A model generated the notes under the pieces. That model searched no databases. It was not told the origin of the DNA and worked only from the letters and a program-made list of their open reading frames with translations. Of a stretch of DNA of 64,000 nt, positions 25,931 to 37,450 are shown one piece after another. The first letter of the stretch is position 1, and each line of letters begins with the position of its first letter. The DNA comes from Raillietiella orientalis. Its lineage: Eukaryota. The position numbers and the translations under genes were made by a program. The stretch covers positions 4,030,001-4,094,000 of the forward strand of contig JAYWIR010000008.1 in the NCBI GenBank assembly GCA_036172245.1. Reading direction: 5' to 3'.

Positions 25931-26479
25931 GAAGACGCGGAAGCTCTCTCTTGGAAGGGAGAGGGAGCTCTCGGCTGCCCTTCTTATTTTCCCGAGATTC
26001 CCTTCAGGAGGCCTCACCCGGGCAGACTGGTCTCCAGGGGCACCCCGCCTCCACCTTCACCTTGCTGCGGCGGAGTGAGGGGTGATGATCAGGGAGAGAG
26101 CAGGAAAGCAGGAAGCGTCCCAAGTCCATCCCTAAATCCACCCTTTTCTCTTAGTCACATGAAGGACTTCGAGGGCAAAAGAAGACGAAGGGTCTGAGTC
26201 TGGGCACCTTAGCAACCAAAGAACATTTCTTCCTCGAGGAGGAGGAGTCCTACTCCTCTGAGCTGGGAGCGTTGGGGACCTTCCATCAGCCCTGCAGAGA
26301 TTCCTTCTCTTCCTGGAAACAGTCTTTCAGGAGTCCAGGAGTTCCTTCTTGGAGAGGCTTTGGGACACTCCTGATGGAATCTGCTGCTTCCTCCTACAAG
26401 AGTCGACTCCCAAAGTCCCTTACAAGGGACTGGATTACTTGTCCCTTCCTTCCCCTATTCTTCCCTTCCTTCCTCCCTC

Positions 26480-27470
26480 TCGGCGCTTGTGACCAGTGCA
26501 GCCGTGATCCAACTGCCTATGAAGTGATCAGCCTCTTGTCTCCCATTGCTCCAGACATATGTACCTCTCTGCTCCCACCTCCTATCCTCCCGAGCTCGGA
26601 ACGCATGCTGCACTCAACTGCACGCTCATCCACATCTCCATCTCGTCTCCCATGGACCAGCGGAACATCCCCGTCTCCTCAAGGAAGCGACCTCTCTGGG
26701 GGCACGGACTCGTGGGACCGCCTGGAGATGCCAGGCACTGAGGGGATCCCACCAGCGAACTACGAGGTCGACCGAGCTACATCACGGAGACAATGAACAC
26801 TCCTCTTCCTTTTCCTCTTCCAGGTAACGTTTCTCCGGAAACCGTAGGAACCTCTTCCTCCCTGAGTCGGGGGTCCACGTTCCTCCACTGTGAGCATCTC
26901 GCGGAAGCTTCGAAAGCTGGGTCAGGTGCCTCTCCTGACCCGGAGATGTTCCACACGAGGATCCTGATCCGATCTTCTTCTCCAGGGACAAGAAAAGGTC
27001 AGGCAGAGGGCGAGATCGCTCTAGGATCCGCCCTACTAGCGGCTCAGCCCGAGAGATGTGCCGGGAAAAGGTAACCCTGCACAGATACGCTTCCTTCGTA
27101 CCGCTGTGCTTCCCTGGAAGGGGAAGAGGGAATCTCACAACGGCAGCAGCTGGACCCTTAAGGACATCCGGCCTCTACCCGTTTCTCTCCGTCCTCCTCC
27201 CCTTGAGCTTTGGCCGGCTCCCCTGTGTCAAGATAGCCCATAGGCACAAAGGCAAGACTGGAACCTTCCTGAGGAGAATAAGTTGCAGGAAGAGAGCGAG
27301 AGATGTCCTGCGCCTCTGCCTGCGCGAAGCAGCAGAGCGAAACGAGAATCGCTCTCTTCAGCGGCCGGGAGACGACGAACTCTTCCTGCAAAGGGGACGG
27401 GGATGGAAACAGCACTTAAGGAGTACAGCGAGTCATCCTGGAGGGAAAGGAGAAGGGGATGCGAGACCAC
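26480..27470 (+). pseudogene. Family X paralog F
   Basis: LLPLSFGRLPCVKIAHRH (27194-27247) and RDVLRLCLREAA (~27299-27334) match the WGLPC..RH and RDV.KRLFLRDA motifs. LHRYASFVPL matches the copy at ~5170. Confidence 0.6.
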
Positions 27471-27879
27471 CTGGACCTCAGCGCCTCCCCTCGGCTCGCG
27501 AGCGGCGGAGCTGCAGCTGCCTTCGTGAAGACGAACAAGGTCTGTCCTGCTTTGTTCGCGGATTCTAGGCGCGTGGAGGCGCGGACCAAGTCATCCGGGC
27601 GCGCTGACCTCTCACCCCGAGCGTCCTCGGGGTCCTCGTCGCATGCCCTTCCTCTGTCTGGTGCCAAGTCGCGGCCGACTTTTTCTGCTCTCGCAGACCT
27701 CAGACCGAAGAGTCGAGAACTTGCCCACAGCGCGCCAGGAGCGCCAGACCAGCGGCTGCACTCCTTGCTTTCCTTATCTTCCCCGAAAACCACGAATACG
27801 TCTCCTCTGACAACTCAGAGACCCCCGTTCCTCTCCTCTCCTTTGTTTCTTCGCTCCCCTCTTTCCGAACTCCCGCTGC

Positions 27880-28550
27880 CTCTTCCAGTTAGGCCATCGC
27901 TGAATGGAGGTCTCCTGCACCGTGTCTCTATCATTCGACCACAGATCTTCGCTCACGCGCCCTTTAGTTGCGATTGGTAACTTCCTCCTTCTCGTTCCTT
28001 CTCATCGTCTCGAACTCATAGAAGGGAGGGTGAGGAGTCAGGAAACGTATCCACTGCGGAGCACGTCTCCTGACCGGCACCCCGGGAGAGAGAGACCGAA
28101 AGCTCCCCCATTCCCATTGCGCGGAAAGCCAAAGGATGATAGCATCCACAGCACACCCTCTTCCTGCCCCCCCGCCCTCACAATGTTCCAGACTTCCGCA
28201 AAAGGCATCCATCCAGAGTTTTCCCTCTCGACCATCCCTGGAGCACTGGAAAGTGGCAGCGACTCCGCCTTTCTGGAGGACATCTCTCCCTGGAAGTCTG
28301 GATTCTGCCTGAGTTGCACAGGAAGGGAAGGAATTCAGCATGGAGATCGAACGCTGGTCCGAGCTGGGCTGAGCCTCTAAGGTCGCGAATCGCGGAATGG
28401 GCAGGGTCCAGCAGCAGTGCGACCCCGACTAGTGCTTCAGAGCTTCCCAGCCCCACAGTCGCTTCGTACCTGGTGCAAGCATGCCACCTTGGAAAGGAGG
28501 AAGAGCCTGAAGGCAGACCCCTGTGTCACGGTGGACCTTCGCCGCTTTCT
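27880..28550 (-). pseudogene. Possible family X paralog
   Basis: On the minus strand GDVLRSGY and NDRDTV...QRWP resemble RDV.R and [DN]x[KR]DT...RWP. Confidence 0.3.
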
Positions 28551-31500
28551 CACTGAGGGATGCGGAGACCGGAAATCATCCACAACAAAGAGCCAACTCG
28601 CGCTTGGCTCCCGAAAAGGCCACCTGGATCCTCTCCCATCATTCCCATTCTTCTCAGGTCGAAACAGGAAACCTCCACGGTTTCTAGGGGTTGAACCCCA
28701 GGCCTTCCCGAGGGTGCATTGCTCTTGTTCCTCGGTACCCTCCGAGTCCCTCAGGGAAGGCCACAAATTTCTTTCCTTTCTCTGATTCAGGAAGCTTCCC
28801 GTCGGCTGGAGCAGCTCTTCCTGAAAGACGCCCCTTTCTCCTCTCGACACGTCCTGCATTCCCTGCGTTCCAGAGTGCCCGCTCAGCCCTCGAAACAGCT
28901 GCAAATGACGAAGTCACAACCGAGCGCTCTGGAGGGAAATTCCAGGATAAAAGATTGGGATCTGGTGACGCACCTTTGGAAACCTTCGCGCTCCCATTGG
29001 GCTCCTCGTTGGCGGCCGCGTGGCTGCGGTCTTGGAGTGGCGCAGGCTGCGCCACTGCTCCGGTCTCGAGACGTTGATCTTCCCGCACGTCGGAACCGTT
29101 CTCTGAAACCGGGTATTACAGCTAGCGGGGAGGCAGGGGATCCAGGAGTCACCAGGGCAACCACCTGCCAGAACTGACACCCTCAAACGGACCAGACTTC
29201 GGTGATGAGAAGCAGCTCCCACACCCGGACGCTCCCCCGGCGAGGAGGCCTGCAGGGACTCATCAAGGCGTCCCCTGTAACTTCCCTCCTAGGACAATAT
29301 TTGAGATTCCCCGGTGAAGTCTTCCTGATTTCTCTCTTCCTCCTGCTCCCTCTCCACATCACCCCTATTCCCTTTTTTCCGGTCCGCGTGTGCCGAAATC
29401 ACTCCACTCCATTCTCCCCCGCGAAGATCTCCTGGCTGCTTCTTCTCCCCTCCTCCCCCAGAGAGAGGCAGATACGGAAGCGAAGAGAAAGAGTTCTCCG
29501 CTGCCGGCCCTTCTCCTAGCCCTCCGTCTGCTTCTTCCCCCTCCTCCTGTGGAAATCCTCCGCAAGCGGAACCTCCAGGAAGGTTCTCGGCTGAAAGAAG
29601 ATCCAGACGCCACTTCCCAGCATTTTCCTCTCTCTGGCAGCGCGGGAGTTCAGGAAATCCTCTCTTCCCCCTCACCGCTATCCCCAATACACGTCCCGGA
29701 GCCCTCCAGATCCCCGCCAAGGAGGGTCGACCGATGCTGGAGAAGGAAGGCTGCTCCCTGAGCTCCGTTGGGGCAGTGCCTCTCCGTTCCCGAGACCGTC
29801 TGGTGGAGGAGGAGAAAAAGAAGAGGAGGGAGAGGTTCTGAACGCACGCGGAAGTGATGTGCGTCTTGTCCTCCCGGAGAGCGCTTGCTTCCCTCGTTTC
29901 CATGGAGAGGGCTCCGACCAGAAGCTGTGCAGAGATTTTCGGCCTCGAGGAGGGCCGCGACGCTGTAAGGCTCCAGTCAGGAAGGGAAGAGGAGGAAATG
30001 TGGTGTCTCCCGGAAGAAGCGGACGTTTCGCAAGGAAAGATACGGAAGGAAGGCAAAAGGCCGGTCTTCTGGAGCGAATCAGCGTACGCACGGCAGCTCC
30101 AGGAACCGCAGGAACAGCCCCTTCCCTTCTTCCGTAGCACAGGGGACACATGGAGGCCGACATGAAGGGGGGGAAAGGAGGCATGGCAGGTAAGTACTCT
30201 CAGAATGGAATAGAGGCAACTCTGTGAACCCGAAGCGACGGAGGGATAGACAGAGGAACCATCCTTGAATCCCAAAAAGCCCACTCTCGCGAGGACCTAC
30301 GCTGCCTATGCCACCTTCCCTTCCTCTGGACTCGGAAGCGACATCAGGGACCGCACTCCCTCCCTCCCGAGGCCCTCTGGAGCGGGAAACGTTCCCGGAT
30401 CCGGGGACTCACAGCTCCTCCTCCCCAATCTGACACGCACGCGGGGCGTGGGTGGGTTGGAGTGGAGAGCGAGGACGCGAGTTTTCGCCTCACGTAGCCG
30501 CCACCCCACGCTCCCGTGCGCCAACACGAATTCTCTTTCGCCTGAGCTCCTCCGTTCATTCTCCGCGCGCCCACTGGTCCCGCGCCCTCCACAAGTGGCG
30601 ACAACGACTTGGCTGTTGTTCCGCTACCTCCACATCCTCACTCATCACCCTTCCCCCCCTCCTTTCCCCCCCCCCCTCCTGTCTTCATGTTCCGCCGTTG
30701 TGCTTTTCGCGATGCTCATTTCCGCTTGGCTCGCCACGGAGGCTGCCTCTTTCGGCGGCACCGGTCAACCGTAGCTGCAGTAGCGTTTTCCCCTGCGTTT
30801 TCGCCGCTTGTGTTCCCGGATCGCCTTAGGAAATTGCCGGGGATTTCCGCAGGAAAACTCCTCTCCTTTAATCCTCCTCCTCCTCCACCGTGGTGGCTTC
30901 ACCGTTGGTGGTCTCCTGCAGAGGCGCAGAGGAAGTAGCCGGTGGCTCACGTGCAGCGCGGTTCCCGACTCCTTCCCTTCCTTGTTAGCGCGCGCGCTTG
31001 CGATCCTCCAGCTTCCCTACAACCCTCATCCCACCTCGTCTGCCGCTCTCGGCCTCCAGACGGACGTCTTCTTGCCTTTCCAGCCCTCGGGACGGCAGTG
31101 GATCTTCGTCTGATCCCTATTCCCTTTCTACAGGGAGGAAACGTTGACTACGGGGGGTCGGTCCTCTTCGCAGCTGCAGCGCAGTGCGGACGCTGCCTCC
31201 GGAGCTGCGAGCACACGCCGAGGGTGTCTCGCTGTGGCATGTCCCGGGGCAGACGTCCTGGGTCCCTTGTGCTGGGAGACTCGTTCTTACACAAACGTGG
31301 TCGCGCGCGCGCGCGCCTCCCCCTCAGTATGGAGTGGAGGAGGCGCTCGCCGCGCGCCTGGCGGGGAAGGACGGCCGATCGCCTCGCAGCGGAGGCGCGA
31401 CGACGGCGAGGTGCACCCCGGCGGGTGCGGCTCCACGAGTCCACGAGCACCACCGCACCCTCGCGGCAGTCTCGCAGGAGGACCGGGAGCGATGGCGGTG

Positions 31501-31657
31501 GTGAAAGAGAGCTAGAAGGAGGGCAAAATTCGAAGGGGCTCTCCTCTCTGTGACACCGCCGAGAGGAGGACCGAGCAGGTGCGGGACTCAGGCCTGCAGC
31601 GGCCTCCGCGGCGGAGGGACGATGTTCGTCGAAACGAAAAGCAAGAAGCTCACGGCA

Positions 31658-31785
31658 GTGGTAGGGCTGCACCTCCTGCCGCATTCCCATGCTCAAGGGA
31701 AGGTGCCAGGATGCCGGCACGCTGGCGACCGATGTCCACCTGGGGAACAGAGGGAAGGTGAACTGGAAAAAATAAAATCAAATAG
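31658..31785 (-). other. Conserved 3' non-coding module of copy H
   Basis: Minus-strand T tract, GTGCCGG-catc-CTGGCAC (31703-31720), and a degenerate second stem (31658-31682) at about the same ~20-nt spacing as in copy D. Confidence 0.6.
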
Positions 31786-32450
31786 GTAAACGGGATGAGT
31801 CAGGAAGGGACCGCTGACTTTTTCGCTGCCTTTTCGCTGCGACCCTCATGAAGATGGTCGTGGAATGCATGGCGTCCCGGTAGGTCAGATCTGTTTGAAT
31901 GGTGCTCCGGGGCGCCACTACTCCGCGAAGGCAGCAAAGAGCCGCTGCCGATGAGGCGAGGAGCAGCGAGAGTATCTCCCACGAAGAGGCTCTTGACAGT
32001 GCTCTTGGCATCGCCCACCGGAGGCCGGAGGACCGTAGAGAAACGTTCCCATAGAGACCGGAGTGCAGCACATTTCGCTATCGGACTCGGGAAGGCTTCC
32101 ACCTCATCCAACTGCCGTGGGTTCGCAGTCCCGCTCCCCCATGGTCCGGCGATGCCGGTGAGCGTTGCAAGAGAGACCCCAGTGCAGCGCCAGCAGCAGC
32201 TCCCACTCCGGTGGATCTGTCCGTTGGCGGTTGTGGACCTTCCCTGGGAGGAAGGGAAGAATCACCCAGGATCCCTTCCAGGAGAAGTAGTCCTTCCAGT
32301 GGGGCACCCGAAGGACTGAACTTCCCGCGAGCTTCCGTATCCGTAGGAACCGATTCGATCCTTCCATTCCTTCTTGGTCTTCAGGGTGAGCCGATCCTCC
32401 CCCCCCCCCTCCCCCGTCACCGCCGTCGCCCCTTTCCGAATCGGCGGCTT
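31780..32450 (-). pseudogene. Family X paralog H (C-terminal half)
   Basis: On the minus strand: LLLALHWGLSCNAHRH (~32152-32209), CAALRSLWERF (32040-32072), KSLFVGDTL, GSLLPSR and RDAMHSTTIFMRV (31841-31879). Order and spacing match copies A and D. Confidence 0.8.
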
Positions 32451-35400
32451 GAAGGAACCGCCTGACCAACCTGAGAATCATAAGTCATCAGGATCTTTGA
32501 TAGAGTGTGATTATCACGAAACCGCCTGACCACCCTCACGGGAGATGCGCTTTCCGGCGTTGCGGTCGGCGGCTGCCGCTGGGGGTCCCGCGGGGGTCCC
32601 GTAGGGGTCCTCCGCGTGCTCCGTTGCGCGTGAGCGCCAGAGCTTCCTTTCTCGCGTGACGCTCGGAGGATGGCGCCGCATGCCACGCCAGCCATGCAGC
32701 AGTCGTGAGCGCCAACTTCCAGGCGGTCTCGTTGGAGGCCCCTCGCCACCCTGCTCCAGACAGGAGGCCTCCGCCCGCCACTCTTTTGGCCTTCCTCGCC
32801 AGTGCGGATGGCGTTCCCCGCGGCCACCCAAGTTCCATGCTCGTTCCACGCTTGGAGTCCTCCTCCTCCATTTCCCCTTCCGGCTCGTCTCTCTGCGCCA
32901 TCTCTGCCTCCCAGACCGCGAGCGGCTGCCTTCCTCCCCCTCCCCCTCCCCGTCCCCGTTGCCGTCGCTTCGACTCGCACCGGAAGGGAGCAGAAAGGAA
33001 ACTGCCGGATTCGGTGGCGCCGCCGCCACCCAATCTGGCAAAGTGGGTGGGGGGGAGGACGGCAGAAAAGCCTTCCTCCCTCCTCGCGGGGCACCTGGGG
33101 TTGACCCCTCGCAAGAGGGCCGAGCCTCATTGAATGATTTCCTCCGCCGTCGCCGCCGGCTGCGCGCCCGCACCCTCCTTGGCGCCTCCCCGACCAGTTG
33201 GTGGCGAACCCCCTCGTCCCGAGAGGAGACTCATGTTATAAATAGCGACAATAAGAAGAAGCAGAGGGAGGAAGCGAAGGACGGCGTGAAATCCTTCCCT
33301 CCTCCTTCCAGCCTCCGCTGCCGCCGCTCGCGCGCGGCTCACCCCGGTAGGACGCGCGGCGATGATGATGAACGGCGCTCGTAATCTCCCCGCGTGTTCC
33401 CTTTCTTTCCTCCCTTCCCGAATTCCTCGTTCCGGGAATTTTGAATCCTCTGCTGTCACTCCGAACCCCGCACGCCGCATCTCGCGCGTTTACCGGTCCG
33501 GGACACCACCCGGGAGAAGAGAGAGGGAAGGAGGAAGACGCAGAGGAGGATCAGCGGGAAACGCGTTCTTCCTGCTTTGTTCCTTCCCCCCTTCCCCTCC
33601 CCTCCTTCCTCCCCTGCTTCCTCGTAGCCGAGAATGAAGGGGAGGAGCGAAACGGGAGATCCGTTCGAGAGCGCGCAAAAAGGAAGGAACCGGGAACGGA
33701 AGGATTGGGTTCCGGGGGAACAAAGGACGTCACGGGAGAGACAAGCGGGGAACCGAAACCGATCCCAGGGAATCCGCCCCCTGACGTGCGTCGTCTTCCC
33801 GTCTTCCCGGTTCGGCTGACACAATCACCATCAATCATCCCGCGGGAGCGTGCGCAGGTTCTTGCTCGCCCGGGAAACAGATGCCGCGCTGACCCCGCGG
33901 GAGCGACTGGAAGACGGCGGAGGGAGCGTGCGCGCCCTCCGAGAGGACGAATGGCCTTTCGGTTCCTCACCTCTTCCCATCCTCATGCCCCCTTCTCCTC
34001 CCCCAATCGCCTTTCCTACCACCACGAAGCCTTGCTTGATGAGGCGACAAAGGCGAAAGGGAGCCGACTGGGAAAGGCAAGTACCCCCCTCGCCCTGCCC
34101 TGGAGAGGAATTGGAGAGTCAAGAGGAGGAGGGGAAGGGAGCTTACCATCGGTCCAGGGGAGTCGTCCCATCTTCCGCCACAGCCATCCCAGCATCCCCC
34201 ACGAGGAGGACTCGAGGGGTTGGCTGGAAGGGGTCGGGGCCGACCCACGTCTTGCTTCCCCGATCGGCAGGTGCAGCACACGATTGGTGTCAGCGAGGGA
34301 GGGGGTGACGTCTCCGCTCCCCGACTTTTCCTTCGTCTCAGGACCTCCGTTTGGGTTTCTCCATTTTGAGGTTCGCTTCCCTTCCTCCCCCCCTCCCTCC
34401 CGATCCCTCAGAAGGGAGAGAACCTTCGGAATGAGCGTGGCTCGACTCCTCCCCCGCATCTTCCGTCTGATTTTCTTATTCGCATCTCCATTCTGCCTCG
34501 TCGTGCTTTACCGACGGCGCAGCACGGCGTTCCTCCCGCTTTCCCTTTCTTCCAGAAAAACCCGGGAGCCGGAAAATCCTTCGCTGCTCCGCAGAGCAAG
34601 GGAGCAGGCTTGGTTACGAAACGCGGCACCCCGACCGGCCGCGGTTTCGTCCGCACAACCCGGCGGCCGCCCGCTGGTTTCCCGTCGGACCGCGCGCGCC
34701 CGCGATGCCAGCGAGCGTGGACCAGCAGCGGGCGAGCCCCGCGAGTGCTGGCAACCCCGCGACGTCGGTCCTCCCCTTTCATCCACAGCATCCGTTCCCT
34801 CTCCCCGTCGTTTCTCCGAGGAACGCCACCGTGACTCCTGCACTGTCGCGTCTCCTTCGCCAGAATTCCTTTCTAATCAGCGCCGAGGGAATCCCTGATT
34901 GGAGAAAATTTGGCAGCCGGAAAGTCCGCCGTCAACCTGTTTCTTCAGCAGTTGTCTGCCATAAGCAGGAAAAAAAGAAAGAAAGAAGAAAAAACACATA
35001 GCAACGCCAAGCATCTTCTGGATGTCTCCTCTGAACTTGGCTGTAGCCTCATGTTCTCTGCATCCTTAATGCTCTTTTAATAGCGGACTGGCCGCGAGCC
35101 CTTTTGCGGCCATGATTAATTCTTTCAGGTTCGATACGTACGTTGCTCAATCTTTAACAATATTCCATTCCCTCCCTCCTTTCTCCTTCCTTCCTTCCCT
35201 CCTCCAGCAGAAAGAATCTCGAGGAAAGGATCCTTTTGAACGGCCTGTGAAATCACGAAAGGTTGTCTCGGCCTCTTAATAATGCCTTTATTATCGCAGA
35301 GTGACGTCCTTATTGCTGTTGTTTTACTCACGTCCGCGTTGTTTGGACTACGGCGACACTTTACTACTCGAGGGAGGGAGGGTGCATTGCGGAGATCAAT

Positions 35401-35451
35401 GTATCGCATCACGATCAGGTTGCATTCTCCGCAGATAGGTGAAAGCGGGAA

Positions 35452-35585
35452 CACGGAAACGCACTCGAGTTTCGCGGTTTGGTGGCGGCAATCGTGTCTG
35501 TGTATACACATACACATGTATACATGACATGTGCGTTCTGTATGATTGCCGCCTCCAGGCTACGAAACTCGGGTTCGTTTCCGTG
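35452..35585 (+). repeat. Foldback inverted repeat (44-bp arms, 46-nt spacer)
   Basis: Arms 35452-35495 and 35542-35585 give 36/44 Watson-Crick pairs; 5 of the 8 mismatches are G-U on the + strand. Confidence 0.9.
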
Positions 35586-36380
35586 CTGCTGGGCGCAGCG
35601 GGCCCTTGGGTCGCTCCCTGACAAACAGCGCGGACCACGTCGCTCGAGGAAGCCACGACAGTGGACACTCCGTGTTTTCAGGGTTGACGCTGTGTTGCGT
35701 TTGGCTTCACAATCAAAGGGCTTCTTGTGGACTCGATGCACACACGTGTATTTTATAAACACTTGCATGCGTGTATCTCTCGGAATGCAGTCGGACGCTC
35801 CGCATGAAAGGGCAACGATTGGAAAAGAATGATTGCGAATGTACTTCCAATCAAGTCCAATCAAGAATACCAGGATTGCCATTCTCCTCTGGCGCCCTTT
35901 TGACACTGCGTCTGATGTCTCTCACTAAGCAATTGCCTCGACCGCGTTTTCCAGTCTGCTTGAGCTTGTATTTACAAATTATGTTTTTTTTTTTTTTTTT
36001 TTGCACGAGAGACGATTTCCTGAATTGCCATCCGGGCACATGTCAAGCAATGTGGCAATCCCGCGTTCCCATTCCTATTCTCGGGGGGGATACTAATCGC
36101 CCTCTCTCTATCCGTATAGCTCGGTTAAGGATCCATCTAACTTATGATTATTGTTGGCACTGTTGACAAGATCCTCGAAGTTCTGGAAACGAAAATAGAT
36201 CGCAAACTGCAAAACAATGGAAGAGGACCTTTCATTCATAATAGAAAAACGCCAGCCTCTGTTGGCTCATTTTTTTGACGGCTGCATTACTCGGTAATTT
36301 ATTCTTTCCTTTTTTTTTTTTTTTTTTTTTTTTTATTTCGTTCCACTTTTTTTTTTGCCTTTATCCTTGAATCATTACGC

Positions 36381-36675
36381 CTTCTCCTCGACAACAATGT
36401 GCTCTACTTTCAACCCAGAACACACCGAGTTTTCTCGTGGGCAACAATGGGATTCGTTGTCACCTGTGAACTGGTGGGCTGCTCCACGGCAATAATACAA
36501 TGCTTTCTGTTTTCTTATAAAAAAAAAATAAAAGCTCTCGCAGCTTGCGCCTCGGCAACAATGTAATTCTTTCGACCCTAAGATGCCGATTTTCTCTCGC
36601 AGGCAACAATGCGCCGTGCTTTCAACCCCAAGCTAATGAAGTGCTCCTCGGTAACAATAGAATCCGTTTGTTCTT
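36381..36675. repeat. Degenerate ~50-bp tandem array, 6 units, organised as a ~165-bp trimer repeated twice
   Basis: Core (C)TCGGCAACAAT(G/A) at ~36387, 36437, 36485, 36551, 36599 and 36647. Units 1/4, 2/5 and 3/6 are the most alike. Confidence 0.8.
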
Positions 36676-36893
36676 TGTTTTTTTTTCTTGCTTTTTTTTT
36701 TTCCCGAGTGTTGCAGCTTGTTGCTTGGCAGCAATGTAAATCTATTTTAGGCTTGACTTTGCGTCGTTGTCACGTGAAGGGTTTTCCTGCGGACTCGAAG
36801 GTTTACGCATAGGACACCCCCAGATGGCGATTCGTTAAGAATGGCAGTCACCAGCATCCGGAGTGAAACCCGCGTGAAAAGGGAAGCCCACTC

Positions 36894-37450
36894 TTGTCGC
36901 GAAAAGCAAAGGCAATTGCCGCGGCCCGGAACAGCAGAAAGAGAACTGGTGAACAGGGAGACGATTACGTGCTGCGAGGATCGCGGTACATCGACCTGGG
37001 CCTCCTACGGAATTGCCGCCGCCGCCGCGGCATGGATGCGAAAGTTCCCGTGAATCGGGAGAGCGGAGGAACGGCAGGAAGAAGGCCTCCCGCCGGCGAC
37101 CGTCCCTCCGGCGAAAGCGAAATGCAAAAAAACACTCTTCCCGCTTTTCTCCGGAGGAGCCACAGGGCTCTCTCCGACGAAAGCGCTGCGTCCTCTCGAA
37201 GGAGCAGCGGCCGCCACATCTGGGCTGCCGCTGCAGACGCCTCGCGACTGCGCGTACGCGAGGCTGCTGCAAGCGCGGGGAGATGCGGGCGAAGGCGGCG
37301 GGTGCGGCGGGCGGCTCCGCGGCTTGCAGAGGCCGAGAAGAAAACGAGGAGGCGTTGCTCGAAGCGGAAGAGAAAGAAAGCATCTCGCAGGGAGGACGCG
37401 GAATGTCAACGAGGATGTCAGGAGGCACACGTGGACCGCGTACCTCGTTG
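36894..37450 (+). mobile_element. Probable decayed Mutator-like (MULE) transposase N-terminal fragment
   Basis: Across frames, LRGSRYIDLGLLRNC, EERQEEGL...KC, GLPLQTPRDCAYARL and EDAECQRG follow the order I recall for metazoan Mutator-like transposases (GxRxxDL..C; ExRxGL..C; LPxP...Y; DGxWQxRG). Frameshifted; matched from memory only. Confidence 0.4.

Noticed and set aside
33441..34898. 485-aa ORF (similarly 53841-55187 and 55371-56600)
   Set aside because: Low-complexity composition and no recognisable motif. Probably spurious, although small real relics could be embedded.
36381..36675. CRISPR-like repeat-spacer array
   Set aside because: The cores are only ~13 bp and degenerate, the linkers are related to one another, there are no cas genes, and the context is eukaryotic.
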